NCBI GenBank assembly: GCA_000708835.1
Contig: DF237593.1
Location: 1-50,092 of the forward strand
Source of the DNA: Klebsormidium nitens
Taxonomy: Eukaryota > Plantae > Klebsormidiophyceae
Direction: 5' to 3'
DNA: 50,092 bases
The notes below the pieces were generated by a model. The model did no database searches. It was not told the DNA's origin and saw only the letters and a program-made list of their open reading frames with translations. The position numbers and the translations under genes were made by a program. Positions 10,991 through 22,956 of the stretch are shown piece by piece (the first letter of the stretch is position 1; each line of letters begins with the position of its first letter).

Positions 10991-13900
10991 ATGGATTCAC
11001 CAGAGAGACGGGCGCCAATAAAGCCAAACTGGGATGGCATCATGGTGAGACTACATCGTACAAAATCTGTTAACGCGTTTCGTCAGATACTTCTTTGGCA
11101 ACATGGCTCTTACTCAAGGACGTTTCTGCTTAATGACTCCTTGCATTGATGGAAGGTAGTTGATCAGGGATGTTGGTCAAAATGGTCACTATTGGCGTGA
11201 ATGTTGACAAGGAATGAGACTGCATGTGCAGTCACTGTATTCTTGCGCTTGTGAGTACATTTTTTTGGCAGGCAATTCGCTCTGTTCAGAGACCGTTGCT
11301 GCTCCTTGAATCCACTTTTGCGGGCGTGCCTTCTTAACACTGTTAACGGCGGCGTCACGATTTTGGACACCTGGAAAGCACAAAGTTGCGTCACAATGTC
11401 AGCTTTCGGCATAAGGATCCGTGCTGAAGAGTGATGGCTGCGTTTGTGGATTTTCGTATCGAAACAATCGGTACCAATTGCGTTTTGGCTCCCTGATAAA
11501 CTTTGATGCTTTGATTTGCGCACCTTACGTGCATGCCTTTCATCAATTGAGATGAAGTCAAAGGTTCTGTTCTTGACTCTCAGGTTTAGTATTGGCTCTC
11601 GCTCTTGCTTGACTATGAAGGCCGCATTCAGGAGAATACTATCGTGGCTTTATGTTTCATATGGTGCCATGAGCAACAGAAGTACTTGTCTGCCGAGCAT
11701 AGAACACTAATGTCTGGTGGCCCATAACACTATTCTTCCCAGGCACATGGAAGCATAACAAGTCGTGTCTGGAAGTGTGGAGAGGGCACTTGCTTGGAAG
11801 CTCACGACTTGCATGTTGGATATGGAGGTATTTTGTCTAGAAAGGAGTGGTCAACTTGGAGCTCCATGTTCCTCCAAAATTGAAGCACACGAGCTGCTCG
11901 TCCAAGAAAATCAATAGTAAGGGAGTCAACAGGGTGCACCTAACCCCGTCAATATTCCTATGTTCCAGAACCAGAGAAGCACTTTCATCTCTCACCGGGG
12001 ACTGCTTGCTCCTGGACCTGTAAACAGACCTCCTTTGACCAAGTATTCAACGAGTGTTTGTATCTCCGCTGGTCTTACATGCGGCCTTTGTTCCCTGCAG
12101 TCATCCCCAGGGAGCGCAGCCTTCATGGACTTGTGCGACACCCTCTCCCCCATCCGACCGGTCCCAACCTTCCATGCAAGCACTTTCAACGAGTTGAACC
12201 AGATCCGGTCCCCAGCGTCGCCCAACTTTCCGACCAGGAGACTGAAGGAGAAACGGTCAGGCTATTTCTGGTTGCAGCTTATGACGGTGTAATGGGATGA
12301 TGAGATAACAAAGAAAGAAAGCACCTATCTTGTCTAGGAGGCGTGTGACTGATGACTGGTTTCATGAAACAAGAGGGAAAGATTGGTGACATGTTCGACA
12401 AGGCAGAAAGTCTGTTTCATCGTTCTTGTCCAAAAGTACCAGCCCTCACATTCCCCTAGCTCCCTAGCAACCGAGCCTGCAGCTTCTTGGAGCATGGGAG
12501 GGTTCGTGCGCATCTGCATATGCTTGTCACACTTTAAAGGGTGCTTCCTTGTTGCAATGAGCATTCTTTGCTCGAGACCAGCAACCCAGCAGAAGTTCCT
12601 GCAAGCTGTGCAGAATCCTTAATGCAGCGTCCCTTCTCGGGGCTTTGCTTTCATTCTCATCCAAGAGCTCTCTCAACACAAGAGCTATGAACCAATCCAA
12701 ACAAATGTTTTTGAACTTCAAGTATGCCTTTGCTGGCTTCGTTCACTTGTCTGGACGTTCAGTCTCTCCCTGTTTAAACCTTTGCAGGTTTGCAAACAGC
12801 TCAGCTGCTGCGCTCCTCCTGGCCGCCACCACCGACGAGGCCCCCAAAACCCCCGGCCTCCTCAAGCGAGAACCGCTGCGCCAGACGTTTGGGCGCAACC
12901 TGAGCCGCATCGGCGACCCGAGCACAGCCTTGTTTGCTGGTCAAAGTGAGGAGGCCCCTGCTTCTGCCGCTGCCAGCAAACAGGTCCTGGTTGTGCAAGA
13001 AGGGGGCAGTGTGGGGGACTGTGAGAGCAAGCTCGCCTTGAAAGGTGCAACGGAGGATCCTGTGGTTGCGGGGGCCAGGTCATTGCCAGCTCAGCAGGGG
13101 CAGCCTAATACTCGCTGCCCACCCCCCAAAACAGAGCACATGGAGGAGGCGACAAAACCTGCCGAAGCAAAGGGCGAAGACCTGGGGGCAAAGCCAGAAT
13201 CTTCAAGGACTGCTGACGATGGTCAGAAGGCAAGCGGCAGCAAAAGGGGGAGGGACGAACCACAGCCGGATGCAGACAATTTGGCCCCTCAGGCTGCTGC
13301 GCCACCGGCTTTCCTCAAGTCTCTGAAAGCTGATTCGGATCTGCCGGCAACTGTTGTCGTCCAGCCTCCAGAAAGCAAGCGGGGGAAAGCAAGTGCATCT
13401 GACCAGGATGCCAAGACAGTCCTTGCAGTCCCAACGCCAAACCCTTACAACCCCTGCTCAACGGTAATCCCTGGTTCACAGCAAGCTAAGGAATCTGTCA
13501 TGCCCCCTATAGCTTCCCCGGTTCCACCGACTAAACTCACAGAGGCCGCTGCTGGACCTTTGGATCAAGAGGCGGAGGAAAAGAAAGCGGAGGGAGGGGC
13601 GACGAGGTCAGGGGCGGAGCAACCAAGTTTGGGCACCCAGCTTCACCGCGAGCTTTCATTTGCTGTGAAGCAGAGCGGGCAAGTGGCTTCTGCTTCTGAG
13701 AGGGCTCTTCAAGCCCAGGAAGTAGCTAGCGAGTCGAAGAGCCAGGCCATCCTGCCGGCACCTGCTGCAATGGAGCTCACCCCTCCGACACCGAAACTCG
13801 CGGCGGCAGTACAGGACAACCCAGAAGTAAGGCCAAGGCAGACAAGGAGCCGGACAATGGAGAAGGGCGAAGGGTCGGGGTCCAAGCAGAGAGCTGGGGG

Positions 13901-16900
13901 CACGGGCATCGTGCTGGGGGTGCTGCCAAAGGGAAAGCGGAGCTTGAGCAACAGGAAAAAGTCGAGGTTTGTCTCGGGAGGAGAGGACTCGAGTGCGGCG
14001 GAGGATGCTGGGGGGTCGTCTGACGACACAGAGAGAACGGTGTCGGCGGATGGAGCAGTTGCAGACGAAGGGGCGCAGAGGCTGCAAACGAGTGTGTGTG
14101 GGGCTGTGGCGGGGGCTGGAATTTTTGGAGAGGATGAGGCGGGATCCAGCCCAAGCAAAGTGGACGGAGGCGCCGGAATAGAAAGTCAGCAAGGGGCCGC
14201 AGAAACGGCTCTGGCGGATACAGAGAGTGTGAAAGAAGCCGGGAAGGCGTTGGGAAGCAGGGAAGACCTTGACGGGCCGGCGAAAGAGACAGGGCTGGTG
14301 CGACAGAGTGCCGTTGCAGTGCTTGAGCCCTGCCAAAAAGCGGCCGAGCCTGAGAGTGCGAGGCATGCTTCTCCCCCCCGGTCAACCGTTTTGCCTCAGC
14401 TCAAGGGAGTCCGGAGCCCCAGGAAGGGGGTGCGCAGGGGCCAGGAGACTCCGCCCAAGGCGCCGGCCAATGCGGCGCCGCCACCTGGCGGCGCCAAGCA
14501 GACAGAGGAGGACGTGGCGCAGCTGCTGGTGGATCTGTCTGAGGGGCGGACGCCGGAGAAGGCGAAACGGCGGCTGATCGGGGAAGAGGCCACGCCGACC
14601 AGCGGCTTGGGGCAGAAACGGATCGCGGTGGAGAGCGCGCCTGCTGCAGCAGAGAAGTTGGAAGGAGGGGTTGCTGGCAGTGGGCGGACGACTCCAATTC
14701 AGGTGGCGACAGCTGTCAAGGTGGAGGCGATTAGTGCAAGTGTGCACGTTGTGTCTGGCCCTGCGGTCAGCTGTGAACCGGCAGCCACCCCCCGGTCTGT
14801 GGTGTTTCAGGACGCCAAGAACGGAACGTCTTCATCGGGTGAGGACACTCGAAGCCTGCTTGCTTGTCCGAGGGGACCTCGCTTGGATCAACGCCTGAGA
14901 AGATGGTGTTTTTGCATCTTGTAGGAACTTGAAATGACGTTAGGGTTAATTGTCGATTGCGTCCTCTTTTCCGGCTCTTGGCTTATAGGTCGTGCAAAGA
15001 GCCTTTGACGCATCTGCCTCTGGAGTGTGCATTGTTAAAGTAACACTGCTGAAACACAGCTGCTTTCAAAAGAGACAGATGCCGGCAAAACGGGCAAGGA
15101 AGACGGACTCGTTCTGTACACTGTTCCTTGTATCCCGTTGGATACCCAACAAGCTCGTGACTGTGCTGCTCAGCCGTTAGTTAGCCACTTCCACTATGTC
15201 GTTCTCCAATCCAGGAGTGTTCCCTGCTAACCAGATCTACTTCGAACGCCCAGGTGCTTTGGGCGGAAACACCGGCCGTGCGCGTCGCCTCGACTTCGAC
15301 GCCGACGCCGCGCGCCGTCAGAGCCTCACCGCCCGACAGGACCCCCGCCTCTCCCTCGAAGCCCAGGGAAGCTGGCCCGGTTTCTCGGCCGTACAGAACT
15401 CCCCAGCCCAGAGCCAAATGTACATCTCGGTCGCCAACGCGAGCTCGACGCCCGGCCCCAGAAACGGAACGCCGCAGTCTGGACAGAACCCCCCAGAAAC
15501 GGTTAAGATGGTGGTTAAACAAGAGGGCGGAGACAACGCCTGGCAGCCAGGACAGAAGCGGGGCGCTACGCCCGAGGGGGAAGGGGAAAGAGCGGCGAAA
15601 CGGGAGAGGGTTTCGTTCTCGGACGGGGTCTACCAGGACGCGAAGGACGCTTCGGACGCAACTGCGGCGGCGCTGTCCGCGGCCATGGGGGCGCTGTCCG
15701 CGTGCAACACGCCTGCCACGTGTCAGCCGACGGTTGGCCGCCCAAATCCGACGCCGGTGCAGGCAAGACCCGCTCAAGCTCCACCCGTGGTCGCCCGGCC
15801 TTCTGGGGGGCCTGTTTGGAAGGCAGGTGGCAACGAGCGAAGCAATCTGGCGGTGACACCTGTCGCCATGCACAACGCTCAGCCTTCCTCCTGGCCCGTT
15901 GCTACTCCTCCTGGAGCCCCCTCAGCCTTCCAGCACGGCAACCCGAGCGTAACGCCGGGGCAGGCGAAGCAGGGCTACGTTACGCCCCCTCCACGCTGCG
16001 CACAGCCGGTCGTCAGGCCTCAGGGTTTGGCCTCGCCCCTCGTGACATCAGCACCCGGGGTGACGTCAGCGGCCGCTCCCTTCAACCCAAACGTCGCCAT
16101 CGTGCCGAAACCCCTGCCCCTGCCCGCCCCGGTACGGGCGGCCAAACCCTTAAACCTCGCGCGCCTCGGGGCTGGGTTAAGCGCCGGGACGGTGGTTAGG
16201 GTAACCCCCGGGGTGGGTCCCGTCCCCCCCGAGCACCACACCCACCTGCCTGGGCCGCAATCGGCGATGCCCGGCCCGACAGGGCCTCCGGGAAAGCGCG
16301 CGAGCTTTCCACCCACGCAGCGCCCGCAGGCGTTCACGAGCACTCGCTTCCCCGGGTACTCGCACTACACGCCCAGTTACCAGAAGGCCCTGCCGCGGCC
16401 GGCGCCGCAGGGTTACGGGGCGGTTTCGATGCCGTTCGGCCAGGCGCAGGGCCCCCCGCCGGGCATGTCGCCCGCGGTCGTGCAGCGGCAGAAGATGGAG
16501 GCGGCGATCGAGCGGAAACCCGCACAGCCGGACCCGTTGAGCGAGCTCCAGTTGGACCTGGACCTGGAGATGGACCTCGTGGTCGTCCACGAGAGCCCGC
16601 CGCAGCAGCCCAAGTGAGTGACGCGGGCCTGCCACGTGTCTGGTTGGCTGACGTCATGGTGACCATGTTGTCTGTGGACCTGGTCGAGGGAGGGAAGCCG
16701 GCGGTGCAGACGAGCCAAATCGGTCTCTGTTTGTTTTAACGGGCCGGTTCGGGCTTGACCATGCCATGTTTAGAACGCAAGCCGTGTTCGATTTTACTTT
16801 GCGCCCCTCGTAGCCACAAACCGTGTGTTCCTTCATATCCTTTAATCTGTGCTTCTTCGAACTTCTGGGAAATTCGTTCGACAATGGGGTCCTGCTCGTA

Positions 16901-19900
16901 TTCCAGGATCTCTCTCCAGTCCTTCCCAGTCATTCGGTATTGTCGGGTTGTGCGGTTTTCACTGATGGGAGCTCTGAAACTTGGTGCGCCTCGTGCAGGA
17001 AACCGGCGGGGACTTGCAAACGGTGCCACTGCAAAAAGTCGCGGTGCCTCAAGCTGTGAGTCCCCCCGTCCTTCCGCTTGCTTAGCAGCCTTCCTGAGGT
17101 CGCCTCTGCCGTCGAAGGTTGCTGTGTTAGCGAGCTATCTAACCGCTCTGCCCATCGTCCGAGCGCCACGTTGGCGAACCTACTGTGGCACAAACAGGCT
17201 GAGCCCTGTCCACAAAATTTAATCGAGAGCTTTTCTAGCTCACCGCTGTTGAAAAGCCTCTTTGAACCCGCCGAGTGCAGTCGCACCCTGCAGTCATGGT
17301 CTGAAAGGGGCCTGCTTGAAACTGTCCACTGATCAAAGTATTTGCCTTGGAGAGGATCCAGCCGAAATCCGCCAAAAACAGAACCAGTCCTCAAATGATC
17401 TTCCAACCCCTTGCAGGTACTGCGAGTGCTTCGCTGCCAACGTATACTGCACAGGCTGCGACTGCTTGGACTGCCAGAACCGGCCCGAATTTGAGGACAT
17501 TGTGATGGCCAAGAAGGAGGAGATCGAGCGCAAGGACCCCCACGCGTTTGCGCCCAAGATCGTTGAGGGCGAGTCGCCCTCCCCCACTGTGAGTATACTG
17601 GTCGCCTTGGAAGGATAGCTTCGTTTTCAGCTCAAGGTTCTGTCTAGTGAAACAGGCGTCAGCAATCTTCAACCGACCTGTGAGGAGATTTTCTGAGAGA
17701 ACCAAACAGAACCTTTCTTCAGCTGCGTTACTTGACGGGTGGGGCTCTTTTTAGTATGTCGGCTGATAGCCGTAATCTTGCCTGCGCGTCTGTCCTATCC
17801 AGCCCTCGCGAGCCCCCCGTTTATGAGCGGTTAAAGAGACACCCTACAGACTGTCGGGGCTTGAACGTTGTTCCTAAGCTTGACCACCCTCCTTTGTACA
17901 ATTTGAAACATCCGTTTGGCGGCTGAGTAGAAGCCCTCGGATCTGTCCTCTGCAGAAAGGCGAGACCCCCGCCTCGGGAAAGCACAAGAAGGGCTGCCAC
18001 TGCAAGAAGTCGATGTGCCAGAAGAAGTACTGCGAGTGCTTCCAGGTACGTCCACTCAATCCCGACAACTTTCGGGACTTATCTCTGAACCATTCCTTTT
18101 TTTTATCCAATACGACACGGGTGTATCTGACTTGACATGCACCGGACGATCGGAATCGGATTAGAAGTGGTGGAATGCTTCTTTGAAGCGGGGGCTGATT
18201 TTGTTGAGGACGGCGGTCTGTCCCAGATGTCCTTGTTAACACAACGTTCTACTTCCTTCAACCTGGCGAATCACGAGTCTCTTCAAACCTGGCGCGCAAA
18301 ACCATATGGATTCATTTCCAAACACTCTGCATCGTTTCCAGAAAGGAAGCCCTAGGTATTTGAAATCATCCAACACGAATACACAACGTTCTCGGACGCA
18401 CGATCCAACTTGCAAACGCCCGGGCCTCGAAAGCCAGAAACGGCCGACAATCAACTTCGCACAAAATGAGAGCGTCTTAGGCCCAATTGCGAGTCGCTCG
18501 AGTCCTCCTCTGGATCTGGCTGATTTTAGGGTCTCAGGTTTCAGGATTCCGGGTCGTAGAAATTGAGGGTCTTGCCTCCGTTCAGTTTGTACCGAACCAA
18601 CGCAAATATGGACCAGAAACGCGATAGCTAGAAGCCAAGACACGTCACATTGAAATCCTAGTCTCATCAGTTTCGTCGTTCGCTTCCAGGCTGGCGTTGC
18701 CTGCACGGACGCGTGTCGCTGCGAGAACTGCGCCAACGAGTTCGGCACGAAGGACAGCCACAGCCACGGCCCGCACTGCGACCACGCCGGGGGGGGCGCC
18801 GTTGAGGCCGCCGGCATGCGCTCGCCTGCAACACCGGGCTTTGGCCACATCAGGTGCGCGGTTCTGAAGATTACTCTTGAAATCTCAGTGTATTGTCTGA
18901 GAGTTTCCCTGCTTTTGGTCCCGAGACAGTGACGTGAGGCTCCCGTCCGATGAGGTCAGGAAGTGATCGTCAAGAGTAGCGACGGCGACGGCGACGGCGT
19001 GCGCTCGCGGATGACTCCGGGCTTCGGCCATATCAGGTGCGGTGTCTTTGTTTCTTTCTCCTTTCCTTCTTTTTTGAGATCTCCTTACTTTCTGCTCTCA
19101 GAAAGGCGACGTCGGGCTCCATTCGGGTCATGTCAGACCGTTTTAATAGCCCTGACGACCCGGCATGCGCTCTCTCTTGCGACGCAAGGCTTGGCCACAT
19201 CAGGTGTGCCATTTTTGGAAGTCCCTAAAAAACCCTTTTGAAACTTCGGTTTGAGACTGTCCCACTTTCTGCTTCGGTTAAAAGCCACACTAACGTGGGT
19301 TGATCATAACGCAACAAGTAGTCTCGACTCGATGGCGCTGTATTTCTTGTCCAAGACAGCTGTGCGTCTCTTCCACAAGCTGACAATAATGGCAGACAGA
19401 TGTATTCAGAAGATCTCTAAAATTCCATGCCGTCTCGCTAGGTCTCCGTCACTCTTGATCCGAAAAGACGCATGTCCGTTGGCCTTATTACCTACGTCAT
19501 CTGGCAGGCCTAGTAGGTACCCCAATTTGTCCGCTTATAACCGCACTCACACGACCCGTCCTGACGTGTGCAGCATCCAGCGCACATTCCCCGGGGGGGG
19601 CAAAATGGTCGCCAAAAAGCAGAGCCTGGACCCCCACGGAGACGAGATTTCCGCCCTGGACTTTCCGCACCATCACCCGACTAAGGAAAAGCGCCCCGAG
19701 ACTCCGCCCAAGCCGGAGCCTGCCACGTCAGCAGCGCCTGGCACGTCAGTGGCGCCGGCCACGTCAGCGGGCGCTGCCACGTCAGCAAAGGGACGGGGCC
19801 GGAAGAAAGACGCGGCGAAGGGCGACCTGAAGACAGTGCGGGAGAACAGGGGCGGCGCCGCCGAGCAGACGTGAGTATGAATGCGCTTCTGGTGTAAAAC

Positions 19901-21439
19901 TCGCCTCGGTGGAATTGCGCTCCTCGGCTTGTGAAGACTCGCGCCTGTCAGATTTCTCGCACTTCGCATCTGGAGTATTCTTTGTCCGCCTAATTTTGTC
20001 TTGTCCTGGTCGAGACAAGGCCTGGTTTGCGTAAAGTTCTGGATCTTCGAAAGTGACCAAGGTTGCCTTGGAATTAGGTGTCGATCGCAGATTGCTTGTT
20101 ATATTGGCAAGAGGGCTTCTCTCCCCTCGAGGCGCGTAGTGAACGGCGAAGCATTGTGGCAATCTGCTTCGCTGTCGAGCCAGATGTCTGGCTACCTTCC
20201 ACAACCTGACGTCTTTTCACAACGTTCGAAAGTCCTCGCGCCTTTCGAACCACAAGCGCACCAACTCGAGGGCAGAACACGACAGACCCCCAAAAATAAG
20301 CCCACAGTGTACGTGTTTCTCACGCCTCCACTTGCCTTCCCTCTTGCAGTTCCTCGGGAGTCTTCCCGAGCATCTCCTCATCCCCTGCGCGCTGGAGCCT
20401 TGCTTCCCCCGACCCCAGCCCGGTGTCCCGGTCCTATCCTATCCCGCCGTCGCCCCCTGACCGTCGCGGCTCAGATACCACGGAGTTTTTACACCTGCCC
20501 GCTTCTCCGTCCCCGAGTTTCGGCTCCGGTCCGCTTCTCCGGACCGGAACCGGAGTGGGCGGAACCCCGCTCTCGCGAGCGAAGGTCAGGTCTACCCCAC
20601 TGGGAGCGGTGATCTGGAATCCGGCGGATATGGCTTCCGATCCGGCGGATCGGCGGAACTCTGGCCAAGGGGTGTACTCGCCTCAGCGAACGCCCGGTGT
20701 CAGCTCTTCGGGGGGGATGCTCAAGCTCTCGAACCTTTCTGGGACTCCCACCCCGAACGCCGTGCCAAATTCGGCACTGGAGAAAGGGGGCGCAAGCGGT
20801 TTGCAGGAGGGAGGCGGGTTTGACACGGGTTACACTAACCCTAGCGCCTTAACCTGTGACGAGAGTGTCGACATGGACGGGCAAGACCCCCTCGCCGAGA
20901 GCTTCTTCATGGAGCCGTGCGACTATGGCGTGGAAGGGGACTTATACACATACGACCCCGGGCAGATGGACCTGCCCGCTTATGGCGAGGACGTATACGG
21001 TGAGGCTCCGAAGGAGAGCGTCCCCGTTTCCCCCCCCCCAAAAACGCAGCGAACCGGCCCCTCGTTTGTGAGTCTGAAGAATCTGTCGGTCGGGAGCGGG
21101 CGGCAGTACAACGAAGATCCAGATGATCCCTCGGCCGCGCTCCTGTCCCCGCAGGACGGGAAGCGCCGGCGGCTTTCAGCGGGGGGCAGGGTTTCGGGGG
21201 AGGCTTTTGTGTCGGCGGACGAAGCGACACCGATCCGGATATCGAAAACGGGTTCACCGACCAAAGTCATGGCCCCCGCGTTTGACTGGGGGGGATCCCC
21301 CGGGCTGGGGCGCATGGCAACCCCCGGGAAGAAGTCGCTGAATTTGTCGATGCTTCCGTCACTGCCTATCCTGCCGGCGCGGTTGAGCGGCGGCGAAGGG
21401 TCGGGATTGGTTGCGCCAGAGAACGTTTCACAAGAGTAG
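10991..21439 (+). CDS. TSO1: TSO1/TCX (tesmin/LIN54-like) CRC-domain protein, DREAM complex DNA-binding subunit, ~1852 aa; exons 10991-11044, 12101-12255, 12788-14838, 15185-16613, 16999-17055, 17417-17588, 17956-18045, 18690-18853, (optional 18977-19036, 19150-19203), 19574-19870, 20350-21439
   Basis: Two CXC domains ([34 protein letters not shown] and [35 protein letters not shown]) joined by the hinge [12 protein letters not shown] (RNPxAFxPK-like). The N-terminus MDSPERR...[11 protein letters not shown] resembles the plant TCX MDTP..LSPIRPV motif. All junctions are phase-compatible; the core exons total 5559 nt. The long exons may hide unrecognised introns. Confidence 0.88.
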
Positions 21440-22891
21440 TGTTTGCATTATGTGTTATTAGCGGCAAGCTGAGTAGCCGAATTCAGGCGCCAGTGAATGC
21501 TGTAGGCATAGGCTTTGGGTGGGGGAGTGTGGGGAAAGGTAGACAGGTATGGTAAGTAGACAGGCGTTGACTGAAATTCCGTTCGTGCGGCGACTGTAAT
21601 GCAGACTCGATCCTGAGCGTCAAAGACCTAGTACGATGCACCTTGTATAATATCTTGTCGCACAGCAAGGATAGACTCGCTCGGTAAAGGAAGTCTGCTG
21701 AGCCGCACAATTTTGGAAGTACCTAGAGCAGATTGCAGACTTTATCACAGGATTACCCGACTCGGTTAAATGGGCCCCTTACCGGGTTATCCTTTACCTG
21801 ATCAGACGCAATTTTACAAAAAGGAGGTGTACGGTACCGTTCGCACACATGCATCTTTTCAATCGGAATCTCGAAGCATTTCCAGGACTGTCGTGAGAAT
21901 CAAGCTCCGCAATGTCCTGATCGCTGTAGTGCTCTTACTTGGCCAGAATTCGCCCTCTACAAAATCCCTCCACACAAGCATCTCCCTTGCAAGTGAAACA
22001 TGAAAGCTGCATACTGCATCTGTCGTCTCCTGATGTCCTCGCTCTATTCGTTACTAGCGTTTTAGTATCACGCTCGGGATGTTGACGACGTTAAATTCAC
22101 TTCAATCCGTTTTCGGCTCGATCGGAGACTGTCACCATGCACCGTTATAGTACATGGCAAAATGGCAGTGGATTTATCCAATAATACGTTCATGCATCAT
22201 GCTTGTAATAGGATCGCGCGCTGCACGAATTCTTAGTCACACGCATGGCAGAGCTAGAATGAATGCACAAATTGATTTGTCGGATGCACGGATGTCACAG
22301 CATGCATGGTCGATAGTGTCAATAGTACGAACATATATGTGCCGGATCGCAGACTGCACATATCAGCTAGTAGGTCGTACTATGAACTGAATGCTCCATT
22401 TCCATCATGGCATAGCGCGATGTTGCGCGATGTTGCGCGGTGTAATTGTCGCGGCGATATTTATGCAACATTTCTAGCTTAAGTTTCAAAATAATATGCG
22501 AAGTGTATATCAGGTGACTTTGCACGCACGTCAGTGATGGCGTTCTTCTCAATGGCTGGAACTTTGTTTTCGGAGGTGGTTTTTCATTAGATGGAAGTTT
22601 GTTTCAAGATATACGTCTTTATGCTTGGCTGTGATCTTTATTAGCACAGTCCTAGCAGATAACGTTCTCGAAATGTGTTCTTCAAAAAGTACGTTATTAC
22701 GCATACTAGACGCATCCTACACATACTACCGCCGAAATTCTCAAAAGGTATTATTAATGTAACTGCGAACCTTCTCCAACGTGGCCCTAAGCTAGCCATG
22801 TTCCGTCAGTGACCTTAAACGAAAGACACGTGTGTCAGTGCCATTCGCTCAATCTTTACCTCTTATCCTGTCTTCTCTCGTGTTGACTCTT

Positions 22892-22936
22892 TGCAACGTG
22901 CCGTTTCTGTGCAACGTGCCGTTTCTGTGCAACGTG
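22892..22936 (+). repeat. 18-bp tandem repeat TGCAACGTGCCGTTTCTG x2.5 in the 3' UTR of the secreted-protein gene
   Basis: Units at 22892-22909 and 22910-22927, partial unit at 22928-22936. Confidence 0.9.
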
Positions 22937-22956
22937 TCGATTTTTATGCAAAGAAT

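Noticed and set aside
10640-11149. 169-aa plus-strand ORF
   Set aside because: Only 10991-11044 is supported as coding (TCX exon 1). The rest lies in the inferred 5' UTR intron and intron 1.
11164-11710. Possible MULE-like CxxH (FCCSWHHMK) on the minus strand of TCX intron 1
   Set aside because: A single short motif amid many stops, with no DDE context.
11992-12225. Protein-like minus-strand ORF ([16 protein letters not shown]...)
   Set aside because: Antisense shadow of TCX exon 2, whose plus-strand frame carries the conserved LSPIRPV motif.
16644-16659. 16-bp TTGGCTGACGTCATGG identical to the TCX start context (10979-10994), next to an ABRE-like CACGTGTC
   Set aside because: One 16-mer match within 50 kb is not clearly beyond chance, and there is no supporting structure.
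13656-16718. Many overlapping minus-strand and alternative-frame ORFs
   Set aside because: Expected shadows of GC-rich TCX exons.
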